Positions 13,640-25,905 of a DNA stretch of 64,000 nucleotides are shown piece after piece. The stretch is from Octopus sinensis. Lineage: Eukaryota. Location of the stretch: contig NC_043000.1 of NCBI RefSeq assembly GCF_006345805.1, positions 33,046,001 through 33,110,000 on the forward strand, read 5' to 3'. Each line of letters starts with the position of its first letter. The first letter of the stretch is position 1. The notes below the pieces were generated by a model. That model did not search any database, had not been told where the DNA came from, and saw nothing but the letters and a program-made list of their open reading frames with translations. Both the position numbers and the translations under genes were made by a program.

Positions 13640-16600
13640 AATTAACATTCTCCACTCGATAAACAAGATAAGCACCTACGCCCAAGAAAGTCGACACCCC
13701 TGTGCACACCAACAAAAAAGACTGCCAAAAAGCAGTACGCAGATGTGGTGCGAACCGCAGCAGCCGAGGAACAACATTTTTTAAGTATCACACACACGAT
13801 AACGCAGCAGTTATCATGGCTACAAACGATGGGAAGCCATGTACACCCACAAACAAGATCGCCACAAGTAATGGACCCAGGATGGCCACCACTGCTGCCG
13901 AGTCGTCCATCATACCGATTCAACTGATGAACACCAGAGGCCTCTTGTAAAACAAAAGCAAGAACAAAATACCTGGAAGAACTGTCTGCATGCAATCAAG
14001 CTCTATGCATTGCAGTGACAGAGACTCATCTGTCTGCAGACATACAAGATGCAGAGATACACGTACCAATGTATATCGTGTTCCGCACAGACAGAAAAGA
14101 GAGAAGTCATGGTGGAGTTGCGATGTACATCTGTGACGATGTCACAACACTGACGCTGCTGTTGCTGTTGCTGTTGAGCGTAGCGGTCTTCGTCCCAGAG
14201 CTCGCAAGATCGCGCCTCTGTAGTGGGAGAAGTCCGAAACGTGGTCCTTTGCTATTCGTAAGACCCTCAGAAGAGAATGCAGGTCAACCCCCGACACCGA
14301 GAGCATCGAGGGATGGATGAATGCACATCCAGGCTCAGCGGTTGCGTAGGAAGTCGGGAACAAGAAACAGAAAGAGTGACAGAAAGTTGGAGCGAACGAG
14401 TACAACAGGGGTCGCCACCACCCCCTGCCGGAGCCTCAGGGAGCTTTAGGTGTTTTCTCTCAATAAATACACACAACGCCCGGTCTGGGAATCGAAACCG
14501 CGATCCCCCGACCGCGAGTCCGCTGCCCTAACCATTGGGCCATTGCGCTTCCACTGGCGCTGCTGTCGAATTCGAAGGCGATCTGCGACACATTCGTAGT
14601 TCATCTAAAGTAACTTGATGTGATAATATGCCCATTATAAAGCCCACCTGATGCCTCAAACTACGATGGCAAGTTTGAGGAATGTCTTACAAAGATAAAA
14701 GAAGTACTCACAAACCTAGATCAATGCCTTAATGTACTTCTGATGGGTGACTTCAACTTCTCCAGCATTAGATGGCCCAAAGGTATCATAACCTCAGGAC
14801 TGACACGAAAAGAATGCGATCGGGCAGAATCTCTAGTAGATCTCACAAAAATGATGTTCATAGAGCAAGCCATACTTTCCCCAACCAGAAATAGCAGCAT
14901 CTTAGACCTCTGCTTCACAAACAATAAGGTCCAAAGCTAATTAAAGGATCATATAACACTGCTGGATCCCAAGCGCTACCCGGCCTGAACTTCTACAAGA
15001 CTGACTGGAAGTCCATCAACAAAGAGATAATCCAGCAAAACTGGCTTAAAAGTCTGTCCATGTAAGACACTGACAGGAATTTCAATGAATTTTTGTCTAT
15101 AATGCGAGCCATATGCATTAAGTTTGTCCCAGAGAAGAAAGCCACTACACATAAGAACATTATTCCCCAAGATAGAAGAATCCTAATGAGATGGAGGATA
15201 AAGATCTCGAATAGCTTAAATAAGGAGCCTAATGACAGTGAACAGCCCTACCTCGAAATGGCGCTCTTAGAGACTGAATAAAATCAGACTCTCCCATGAA
15301 GAAGAAAGAGTAAATAGAGAAGCCAGGGCGATGGAAAATACTAAAAGGTACCCTCAAGCCTTCTTCAAGTTCGCGAAAGAGTCTGCCTCAGTGTGATACA
15401 GGATAGGGCTACTGTTTGATGAAAAGGGCTCACTGACTACAGACCCCAAGAGGATAAGTGAAGCACTCAATAAACAATTCCAAGGCCTTTTCACCTCCCC
15501 ACTAGAAAACATGAAAATAAGCAGACCTGTGGTGTTCTTCAACACCTACAAGAGAAAAAGGCAACTATCAATTACATTGACATTACAGAAGAGGATGTAT
15601 TGTCAGCCATTGACAAGATAAACCCAAACTCTGCAACAGGCCCCGATGGACTCCCAGCAATTCTGTTAAAAACATGCAAAAAAAGCTCTTGCAAAACCAC
15701 TGCAAATGCTTTTCCAGAGTTCCCTTGAATGCGGTACATTTCCTCAAACGTTAAAAGAAAGAGTAATCTGCTCTGTCCACAAAGGAAGAAGCAGAGCAGA
15801 TGCTATAAACTACAGGCCTATCTCTCAGACCTCACATATTAGCAAGATCATGGAACGCATTGTCAGAAAAAAGACTGACCACGTTTCTAGAAGAAAATTA
15901 CTTGCTTACAGACACGCAACATGGTCTCCGTCCAGGACGGAGCTGCCTAACAGAGCTACTACAGCACTTCGACTGGGTACTAAAACAACAGTTCAACCAT
16001 TCAAACGTGGATGTGATATATCTCGACTTTGTCCAGGCAAAGTCGATCATGGGATGATATGTCACAAATTGCGTGACTTCAGTATCGCTGGCAGACTGGG
16101 AAAGTGGCTGCATGGTTTCTCAAGGGGCAGAAGTCAGGCTGTCACAGCAAATGGTGCTCTCTCTGAAGTGAAACCAATCCTCAGTGAAGTCCCTTAGGGA
16201 ACAGTGCTGGGACCACTACTGTTTGCGGTTACTCTCTCGGTCATACCCTCAGTCATAGAGTCAGCCACTTTCACCAGCTACGCCGATGATACAAAGGTAT
16301 CGCAGGAGGTCAAGGATCCTACTGACATCTTAAGACTGCAGAATGACCTGAATACAATTATAAATGGACTGATGAGAATAATATGCAGCTCAATGGAGCA
16401 AAATTCCAAGCACTCCGCTACCAGCAGACAAACAAACTACAGCTGAAGTATACAGGACCAGCAGGCAATGTAATTCCGGAGTTAGAGTCGGTGCGTGACC
16501 TGGGAATTCACATGAGCAACGACGCGACTTTCCATGTGCACATTGCTCAGATGGCAACACTATATGCAGGCGGGTGGCAGGTTGGATCCTTAGATCCTTC

Positions 16601-17218
16601 AGGGCCAGGAACAGAGACACAATGCTTCTGCTTTTGAGAACCTTTGTCTCCCAGCTGTGGTCCCCCAACAGAGTGCAAAACTAATTGCGGAACTAGAAGC
16701 GATCCAATGCCACTTCACAAAGAAGATAAAACTCAGTAAAACACATGGTCTACTGGGAGAGACTGAGGGAACTTGGACTCTACTCCCTGGAGAGGAGACG
16801 TGAGAGATATTCAGTGCTATACATGTGGAAAATAATGGAGGTCTCGATCCAAATTTCGGAATTGAAATCTACAACAATCCCTGAACTGGACGGCCCTGCA
16901 CAGTACCAATGGTCCCATCTTCTCCATCGGGGATACAAAAACCCAATATTATAATAGCTTGGGATTCAAGGGACCACAACTTCTTAATGCCCTACCAAAG
17001 AACATCAGGAGCCTGCAAGGAAGTCTTCAAAAACATCTAGAGAGCTTTTTATCTGCAATTCCGGATGAAACCACATCGCGGCAGGAGGCACAAAGAAGAG
17101 CGGCAACGTCCAACTCGCTACTTCACCTGACCCAATAGTGGAAAAATCCCCGGATGCTGTAAAGGTGGTGAACCAGCATGGCCTCACCCTCTGGCTGAAA
17201 CCCATACAAGATACAAGA
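13640..17218 (+). mobile_element. Decayed CR1/L2-type non-LTR retrotransposon (APE + RT), many stops and frameshifts
   Basis: APE motifs IQLMNTRGL, AVTETHL, RTDRKERSHGGVAMY, LLMGDFN. RT motifs NYRPIS, QHGLRPGRSC, VIYLDF, GTVLGPLLF, YADDT. C-terminal LGLYSLERRRERY. (CAAGATA)2 tail. Confidence 0.92.
14162..14552 (-). mobile_element. tRNA-derived SINE family C inserted in the LINE APE region
   Basis: Minus-strand head GGAAGCGCAATGGCCCAATGGTTAGGG...GGTTTCGATTCCC with (CAACAG)n tail. TSD ACTG(A/G)CGCTGCTG at 14149-14161 and 14553-14565. Confidence 0.88.
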
Positions 17219-17323
17219 TATATATATATATATTATATATATATGGCATCTTTTTGTCTCGGGAGACAATGGGGCTGCGCATAAAATAATCTATATATAT
17301 ATATACATATAAATATATATATG

Positions 17324-17453
<130 letters not shown>

Positions 17454-17498
17454 TATATATATTTATAAATTTAATTCGTATAGATCTCTAATCTTTTT

Positions 17499-17551
<53 letters not shown>

Positions 17552-18042
17552 GGCATATTTGTTCAGACATATACATGTACACATACCTGTGGAAATACAC
17601 AGACATACACACGGATAGATATGAATAGACAATCGAATATATGTAACGTCAATAGTTTTATACATAGCTACACACAAACACACACACACATACATGTGTG
17701 CGTGTATATATATAAATATAAACATAAATATATATATATATATGGAAAAGAATCTGAAAATGTAGGAGTCTTTTAAAAGTATTTATTAACTTAACCGGTT
17801 TCGCTTATTTAAAGAGATTTTCAAAAGTAAGGTATGAGGATTTGTGTATCCACTCTGGTGTCAAAAACTACTTTACATAAATGTATTCAAATCAAATGAA
17901 AGAGTCTTTGTATATTGATAAGAAAAATTTCGAGGCTTTGTGTATCGTCTGTGACGAGTCAAAAAATAGTTTACGTAAAAAACATTCAGATCAGGTTATA
18001 ACAATTTTTATAATGATAAAAGGATGAAAATTAGTTTACATA

Positions 18043-18578
<536 letters not shown>

Positions 18579-19330
18579 TATATTCAAATCAAGTAAGAGA
18601 GCTTTTGACCAGAAACTAAAACGTGTCTGGTTGGTCGATCAGTAAAGTTTTAGTTTTACTGTGCTCAGAGACCATAATTGTTTGCAGCATCTTAAATTGA
18701 TACAAAGGTTAATAGAGAAATAACAGACCGTTTATAGTTCTCGGATCTGGCTGCAGGGTCTCGTATCTGGATGGAATTTGACGGTTACTACCATTTTATA
18801 CAAGAATGGTGGCTCAAAATTGTCTTCTTTTTAAAAAACGATGTCATTGGTTGATGGCAGTCACGTAATCAAATGATGGTGTTGTAAGCCTGTATGTGTA
18901 TGGCTGTTAATCTCCCTATATACATGTATGTGTGTGTGTGTGTGTGTGTGTGAAGAGTTTCTGGCTTTGAGTAAAAGAAAATACAGAAGGATCAATTAAT
19001 TATGGTTTTGTACAATATACTCCCCTCTCAAATTCACACACTTATTGCAGCAGTCTTTTAGTTTTTCTAAGCCCTGTAAAAGAATTCGGCAGGTTGGGCC
19101 TCCAGCCATGCCTTCGCGATATACTTAAATCCAGGGACTTTTCAACACTCTCTCGTATATATATATATATATATAAACGAAAAAATCGAATGAAATCTGT
19201 GAAGTAGATCCAATGGTAATCTGGGTGGAGTGGTGACATGCGGATGAGGACAGGTGTTAAAAGTTCGGGAAGTAGTTCAGATATGCAAATCCAAAGAGTA
19301 GAAAGTTCAGTCAGGATCGAGAGCGTATAA

Positions 19331-19700
19331 TTTATAGTTGAAATTTATAGAAAAACAAAAGACGAAGACAGGCGTATGAACAACGAGCAGGTGTATTAGT
19401 TTGATGCTTGGGAAAATGAAGTCTTTTGCGTTTCGAGCCTACGCTCATCAGCAGAAAGGAATAAGAGAAAATAAACAGAGGAAATGAAAAGGACTTGGTG
19501 ATTCCAGCCTTCCAGCTGAACTCTGCAAGTTTTTTTTTCATTCTCTCACTGTTTATTTTATCGTGTTCCTTTCTGTCGAAGAGCGTAGGCTCGAAACGTA
19601 AAAGGCTTTTCCATTTTTCCCGAGCGTTAAACTAATAAACTTGCTTGTTGATCATATTCCTGCCTTCGTCTTTTTCTTTTCTATAAATTTCAACTACGCA
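19331..19700. mobile_element. Two family G copies in inverted arrangement
   Basis: Left arm about 19331-19495 (minus) and right arm about 19535-19700 (plus). Termini tagttgaaatttatagaaaa / ttttctataaatttcaacta. Confidence 0.8.
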
Positions 19701-21225
19701 TATATAACTCTATCTAGGCATAAAATCACATCTCATCTATATTGTGTGTACACACACACACACACACACAAACACGCTACAGAACAGAGAAGTTAGCTAA
19801 CAACACAGATCTCCGAAGATTTTGTGAAGAAGCCGTACAAATTCAGAAATACTGAAATATAAGGTAAAAGTTCAAATGATTGGCCTGCGTTATTTGGTAT
19901 AACTTGCATTGTATTGGCTTTACAAATTAAAAATAATACTAATTGAAACCATTTATATATACACATCAGACAATACTTCATGAAAACTAAATGGATCTAT
20001 ACTTATATGTGTGTTTATATGTTTATACAATTTAGAGAAAATTTACAATTTTCTCAGACTATGATTCTCATAGTCAAACTATTATCCACCCGGCACGAAT
20101 CCCCACTGAACTCCACCGTTAATGATAATCGTCATACTCTGCTCTATTTGTAATTAATTAGAAAAGTGATTAGTCTGTTGCACTTGGGTAGACGACATAA
20201 TCACTTGGCCCTAGCTGAACGTAGCACGACCCGGAACAATTAACACAGTTGGAGACGGACTTGTGTAACAGATGCGTAGAACCTTGTCACCAGGAACCAC
20301 AGACTGTTACTTTCACGGCAGTGACATGTCAAAAAACTACCCTCATTAACCTGTTTGTGTGTGTGTGTGTGTGTGTCTGTCTGTCTCTGTCTCTCCCTCT
20401 CTCCCTCCCACTCTCCATATCTTTCCGGTTTCTTGTTAAACCCTAAATTTCACCCACCATATGGGAGATAACAGCCACTTAAAAATCAATCCCCTTAATC
20501 AAAATATACACCCATCCGTTTAGAAAGCATCTGTCATTGCTACCTTGGGATTCAGGCACCTTTTATCTGGAGGCAATGACCAGACAAAGTTTCGATACAT
20601 GAGTTTAGAACCGACTCTTTATGAGGAACACAGAAAATAACATAGCATCTGCGGTTCCTATTTTAGTTTACCCAAATACAAAATCCTCCTGTTTCGTACG
20701 CTCCTCCTCCTCCTTTCACTCTTTCTGTCTGTCACTCCATGCGAAGAATAGATGCGTAAAAGTAATTCATTAACTTATTTCCAGGATTTCATTTTTAATT
20801 TTCCCGACCAATGGATCACTTTACACGTATGAATACCACTCGGATACATCAGCCAACCTGAGTGTCTCTAACGAGTAGAGTGATCTGCTAGAAATATCAG
20901 CTCAATCTCCCACAAAGGAACACGCTAACGACTAAAAAGAAAAGCTCATTAGTTTAACTATTTCTTGATATACAAGCAAGCAAGACTGTCGTGGTTGGAT
21001 TGACTTTGATCATGAAACTGCTCGATCAAATCTTACTTGGGGATAAATTCAAATAAAATCAAAAAATGACAAACAATACAAATGAAAATTACATCATTGG
21101 GGTCAAAGAATAAAAAGGTGATGAATATTTTGAATTTACCGGTCAGGAAAGAAGACAAAAACAAAAACACGATGACACTCTAAATTAAGGACACGATTTT
21201 ACTCTTTGAAACACCAAAAAAAAAA

Positions 21226-21520
21226 TTCATTATTTACATTATTTACATTTTTTTGATATTTGTCCTCATCTTGTTTGTTGCTAACAAAACGTTTCGGCTG
21301 ATATATCCTCCAGCCCTCATCGGGTGTCTTGGGGAAATTTCGAACCTGGGTTCTCATTCCTAAGGTATTTTTCCTTGTTATTGTTGTTGTTGTTCTTGTT
21401 GTTGTTGTTGTTCTTCTTCTTCTTCTTCTTCTTATTATTATTATTCAGGTCACTGCCTGGAATCGAACTCGGAATCTTGGCGTTAATAGGCCGCGCTCTT
21501 AACCACTACGCCATATGCCC
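21226..21520 (-). mobile_element. tRNA-headed SINE with 3' hammerhead-like module
   Basis: A box TGGCGTAGTGG (21503-21513), B box GAGTTCGATTCC (21459-21470), trinucleotide linker, hammerhead-like motif 21283-21328, and (AATGTAAAT)2 tail. Confidence 0.8.
21283..21328 (-). ncRNA. Minimal type I hammerhead-like motif (slightly degenerate)
   Basis: GACAC-CCGATGA-G-GGCTG[10 nt]CAGCC-GAAAC-GT-T-TTGTT. Deviations are U4 to C and one stem I mismatch. Confidence 0.55.
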
Positions 21521-21541
21521 GTGGAGAAATATAGTATAGAA

Positions 21542-21706
21542 CAGTGGTTTCCAACCTGTGGTCCACGGATCCCTGGTGGTCTGCAAAGGTAGCATTAAGG
21601 GTCCATCAGCATGTTAAGCCGACAGACCTTTCAATATCCTGGGGTTCGTGGGAAAACTCTTTTAAATAAAAGGAGTCCTTGGTAGTGAAAAGGTTATGGA
21701 CCACTG
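21542..21706. mobile_element. hAT (Charlie-like) MITE, 165 bp
   Basis: TIRs CAGTGGTTTCCAACCT / AGGTTATGGACCACTG. 8-bp TSD GTATAGAA (21534-21541) / GTACAGAA (21707-21714). Confidence 0.85.
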
Positions 21707-21744
21707 GTACAGAAGCTTAGTGTCAGATAATTGTTGCAGTTATA

Positions 21745-21962
21745 ATAATCCTTTCTACAATAGACTCAAGGCCTGAAATTTGAGGGGAGAGGATAGTCGA
21801 TTACGCCGACCCCAGTACGCACCTGGTACTTATTTTATCGATCACAAAAGGATGAAAGGCAAAGTCGACCTCGGCGGCATTTGAGCTCAGAGCACAAAGA
21901 CGGACGAGATGTCACTCAGCATTTCGCCCGGCACGGTAACGATTCTGCCAGCTCACCACCTT
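21745..21962 (-). mobile_element. SINE family B
   Basis: aaggatgaaaggcaaagtcgacctcggcggcatttgagctcag...ctgccagctcacc. Confidence 0.9.
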
Positions 21963-22009
21963 AGTAGTAGCAATTATAATAATAGAAATAAGTATTTTAA
22001 ATTTAGTAT

Positions 22010-22094
<85 letters not shown>

Positions 22095-22095
<1 letters not shown>

Positions 22096-22340
22096 TGTGT
22101 TTTACTCATTCCCAAAGTTGACGGACATTTAGCGATACGTAAAACCGAATCTCTAGTGAGACCTTTTATTTTTTTATTTATTTATGTACCCGAAGAGACC
22201 CAGAACGGGTCGAAACATTTGTCGTACTAAATACATATCTTTTTTTCCATCTATTTTATTAATACTGTTACCTTAGCCACCAATATGAAGTTCCTGCAAC
22301 TTACGGATAACAACAGGTAATCGAATCTGTGCTTATATAT
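22095..22340 (+). mobile_element. Penelope pLTR-like fragment with degenerate hammerhead-like motif
   Basis: CCGAAGA-GACCC-AGAAC-GGGTC-GAAACAT-T at 22190-22219; lies between (TG)n and (TA)n. Confidence 0.45.
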
Positions 22341-22358
22341 TTTCTATAATTTCTCCGT

Positions 22359-22394
<36 letters not shown>

Positions 22395-22518
22395 ATATAT
22401 ATTTCAGCAAAAACAATTAAGATTCAAAAGAATTCAAAAGAATTCAAATGAATATGGTACTTAACTTAGATGCACCAAGATTCTTTATGGTATTAACCAT
22501 AAAATTATGTGGTGTGAT

Positions 22519-22871
22519 TATAACCAAGAAAAAAGTAACAAGAATGGATCGGTAGATTAGTACAATTGTTTCATACTAAAAACATTTAATTTCAAGCTGT
22601 AAATATTACAGCAAATATAATGTCAAGTATTCATCAGCTAAATCACATATAGGTTTTCCATATATTCTTAGAGAGTGTAAATATCCTTATGAAGTTATAA
22701 CTTCATAAGGATATTTACACTCTCTAAGAATATATGGAAAACCTATATGTGATTTAGCTGATGAATACTTGACATTATATTTGCTGTAATATTTACAGCT
22801 TGAAATTAAATGTTTTTAGTATGAAACAATTGTACTAATCTACCGATCCATTCTTGTTGCTTTTTTCTTGG

Positions 22872-22876
<5 letters not shown>
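22519..22876. repeat. Spacerless palindrome, 2 x 179 bp
   Basis: Centre gaagtta|taacttc at 22697/22698; one mismatch seen (22536/22859). Confidence 0.95.
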
Positions 22877-22910
<34 letters not shown>

Positions 22911-22913
<3 letters not shown>

Positions 22914-23118
22914 CCGCGTGTGTACCGTTGGCGATTTTCTTCCTCCGTCTTCCCTTTCTTGGACCTTTCCTTTTCCTGTTTCTGACGAAGAGCTCCTCTC
23001 GAAACGTTGAATCTTCCTTCTTTCTTTCCTTTCCTGAACGTCCAATAACACTACACTCGTTGCACGTCCTCGCGTTGTTGTGTTTTCTCTTTGTGTTTTC
23101 ATGTTTGGATTAACTATA
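22911..23118 (+). mobile_element. Penelope pLTR-like short element with canonical-core hammerhead-like motif
   Basis: CTGACGA-A-GAG-CTCCT-CTC-GAAAC-GT-T at 22982-23008; flanked by (TA)n. Confidence 0.55.
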
Positions 23119-23124
23119 CATACA

Positions 23125-23189
<65 letters not shown>

Positions 23190-23214
23190 ATATATATGTA
23201 TATATATGTTACTA

Positions 23215-23420
23215 GCTTCGGTCATTAGATTGCGGCCATGCCGGACCACCGCGTTAAGGGGTTTAGTCGGGAAACTCAACCTCAATATCTATTTTTCTAA
23301 GCCTTGTACTTATTCCATAGGCTATTTTTTTTTGCCGAACCACTAAGCTACGGGAACGTAAACAAACCTTCACCGGTTGACAAGCGGTGGTAAAGGACAA
23401 ACTCAAACACACGCACACAC
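23215..23420 (-). mobile_element. SINE family A tail fragment
   Basis: cggccatgccggaccaccg...tgccgaaccactaag...ccggttgacaagcggtgg. Confidence 0.75.
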
Positions 23421-23986
23421 AAACACACATACACACAGAGGAATCCATCGCTTCACGGAAATAACGCCTTCCTTAAAATCTGACCGTAACGCGAAAAGCC
23501 GTAATGCGAAATTTAAATTTATTTTGCTTTTGATTTTCATGTTATCTCGTGAGATAGGAACTGTGCCTCATTGTAAATCCGTCTTGTAATTTTTATGTTA
23601 CATTCACGATTAGAAATCCTTATCAGCAAAAACCTGCTGACCTTCCTCTATGAGTGCCAACTCTTTAACAACAATTGTTGCAGTTAATTTAAGTGGTGTA
23701 GATGGAACCTCCGTTGTCTCATCTGTATTTCCAGCTTGTTGTTTTTCTAACAGCATCAGCCTGTCGTTACATAAACTTTCCCTCCGGGACATTAGCAACT
23801 CAATCACGTCATCTTCTATGGCTTCTTAAAATCATACATCTTTCACAAGTGTCACATCTTTCCGAATTTGATGCAGACTTTCTGCTTTAGGAAACGATGT
23901 AATGTCACAAGTACAGTATTTCTAAGAACTCTTCAAAGTTGAAGGTTTCACTTCATCACTCAGCTACATAATCAACACCAGCTGAA

Positions 23987-24320
23987 ATAGTGGAGAAGAT
24001 ATGATATTGCTGTGGGCTCATCCTAGGCAAGAAGTGAAACATTTTTTTGCCCATGACACTACATGGTCTCTAAGTAAGGCATGTGTAAAATTTGAATGAA
24101 ATTGGTTGCGTAGTTCTCAAGTTTTAGGGATTCATAGTGAAGAAGATATGATATTGCTGTGGGTTCACCCTAGGCAAGAAGTGAAACATTTTTTTGCCCA
24201 TGACACTATTTGGTCTCTAAGTAAGGCATGTGTAAAATTTGAATGAAATTGGTTGTGTAGTTCTCAAGTTTTAGGGATTCTCACTGACAGACAGACAGAC
24301 ACACATTCTCAGTTATATAT
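23987..24320 (+). repeat. Two tandem 147-bp units followed by a (CAGA)n tail, Helitron/DINE-like
   Basis: Units 23987-24133 and 24134-24280, then tcactgacagacagacagacacacattctcagttata. Confidence 0.6.
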
Positions 24321-24328
24321 ATACATAT

Positions 24329-24392
<64 letters not shown>

Positions 24393-24630
24393 CATATGCA
24401 CATTTGTTCAGACATATACATGTTGAATTTCTTCCAAAAGTCTCCCTGTCCAGTTTGAAAGTTCTTCTCATCTTATACGCCTTGATTACATCTTCATCCT
24501 TTGGATGGAGCAAAAAAGTTGCGTTAGTGAGGGTTTATGTATTTTACTCTCACCTTATCAGAAACATCATCTCAGTTCGGCGGGTGGCTCGGTGCATTGT
24601 CCAAAAGAAGTAAATATTGTGCCTGGCACT

Positions 24631-25190
24631 AGGATGGCGAGCTTGCAGAATCGTTAGCATGCCGGACAAAGTGCCTGGCGGCATTTCGTCCGTCTTTATG
24701 TGAAAGAGCATGGTTCAGTGGTAAGATCGTCGGGCTCACAGTTGCGAGGTAATGAGTTCGATCCCCGGACCGTGCTGTGTGTTGTGCCTTTGGGCAACAC
24801 ACTTTATTTCCCGTTGCTCGAATTCACTCAGCTGTAGAAATGAGTTGTGACCGCACTGGTCGTCCTTTGCCTTTGGTGGCGCGGAGAGAGGAGGCTGGTA
24901 TGCACGGGCGACTGCTGATTTTCCATAAACAACCTTGCCTGGACTTGTGCCTTGGGGCAACTTTCGAGGTGCAACCCCATGGTCATTCATGACCTAAGGG
25001 GGTCTTTACTATTTACGTTCTGAGCTCAAATTCTGCCGTGGTTGATATTGCTTCTCATATTTTCGGGGTCGATAAAAGAAGTGCTCGACTGGCACTTCTT
25101 TTATCGGGGGAGGGTGTAAGGTCAACGTAATCGCCTTACACCCTCCCCCGAAATTGGTGCTTTTGTGCCAAAATTTGAAACCAAAATTAT
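24631..25190 (+). mobile_element. SINE family B interrupted by SINE family D
   Basis: B head ggatggcgagcttgcagaatcgttagc resumes at tttacgttctgagctcaaattc. Confidence 0.85.
24702..25011 (+). mobile_element. tRNA-derived SINE family D
   Basis: A box TGGTTCAGTGG, B box GAGTTCGATCCC. Apparent TSD TTTA(T/C)GT at 24695-24701 and 25012-25018. Homologue at 46969-47285. Confidence 0.85.
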
Positions 25191-25905
25191 GTCTGGCACT
25201 GAACCTTTCTACGGCAGGATCAAAATCGTTTGTACTTTTTGAAAAGGCTCTTAGTCATCCTTGTCCTCTTATTTGAGCGCCAAATCAGAGATAGAATAAA
25301 CTTTGAGCAAGCCTTGAAAGCCCTTGGGTTTTTGGAGTGATACACATATAGGAGCTTTCCTTCCATATCCCCAGTGGCATTTCCTTCTCGATGAATTGCC
25401 AGACCATTTTTGGAAGCTTTAAATCCTGGTGTTGATTTGTCTTCTCGAGAAATAGAAGTTCTAGCAAGCATACACTTTGAGAAAAGTGAAGTTACATCAA
25501 CATTTTATATTTGCTCTGCTGTGTAGTCTCCTTCAACATTTTCAGAATGATTAATAGCAGCCTCTCTGTCAATGCTCGTAGTTTTTCACGTCATTTTTGT
25601 GCTGTGCTAAATAATGTCTTTCTTAAACCTTTCAAACCAGCCTTGGCCAAAAAGGATTTTCCATTAGAAGTTTCTTCATTTTTCTGCAAATCATCATATA
25701 AAGTTTTTCTTTCTTTTTTTTAAATATTGCCCTCATGTTTATCGGCAGATTCACCGATTCTGATCCTCAATCCATACCCTCAAGAGTTGTTCTATTTTAT
25801 GCTTTACATTAGATCTGTGGTAAAAAATAATGTCCGGGTAATTAAATAATGTCCATCCAAATTTCAGGCTTTGTGCCTTCTGTAGAAAGGATTATTATTA
25901 TTATT

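Larger units (their letters stand above)
23430..25860 (-). mobile_element. Tigger/pogo-like DNA transposon remnant, interrupted by nested insertions
   Basis: 25220-25471 translates to ARTSISREDKSTPGFKASK...GNATGD...YVYHSKNPRAFK...WRSNKR (Tigger1-like DDE_1 region). 23610-23807 resembles the Tigger C-terminus. Confidence 0.75.

Noticed and set aside
14480-14552. Functional tRNA genes here and at 18043, 21440-21520, 24702 and 55831
   Set aside because: They have A/B boxes but no complete cloverleaf, and each continues into a SINE body and tail.
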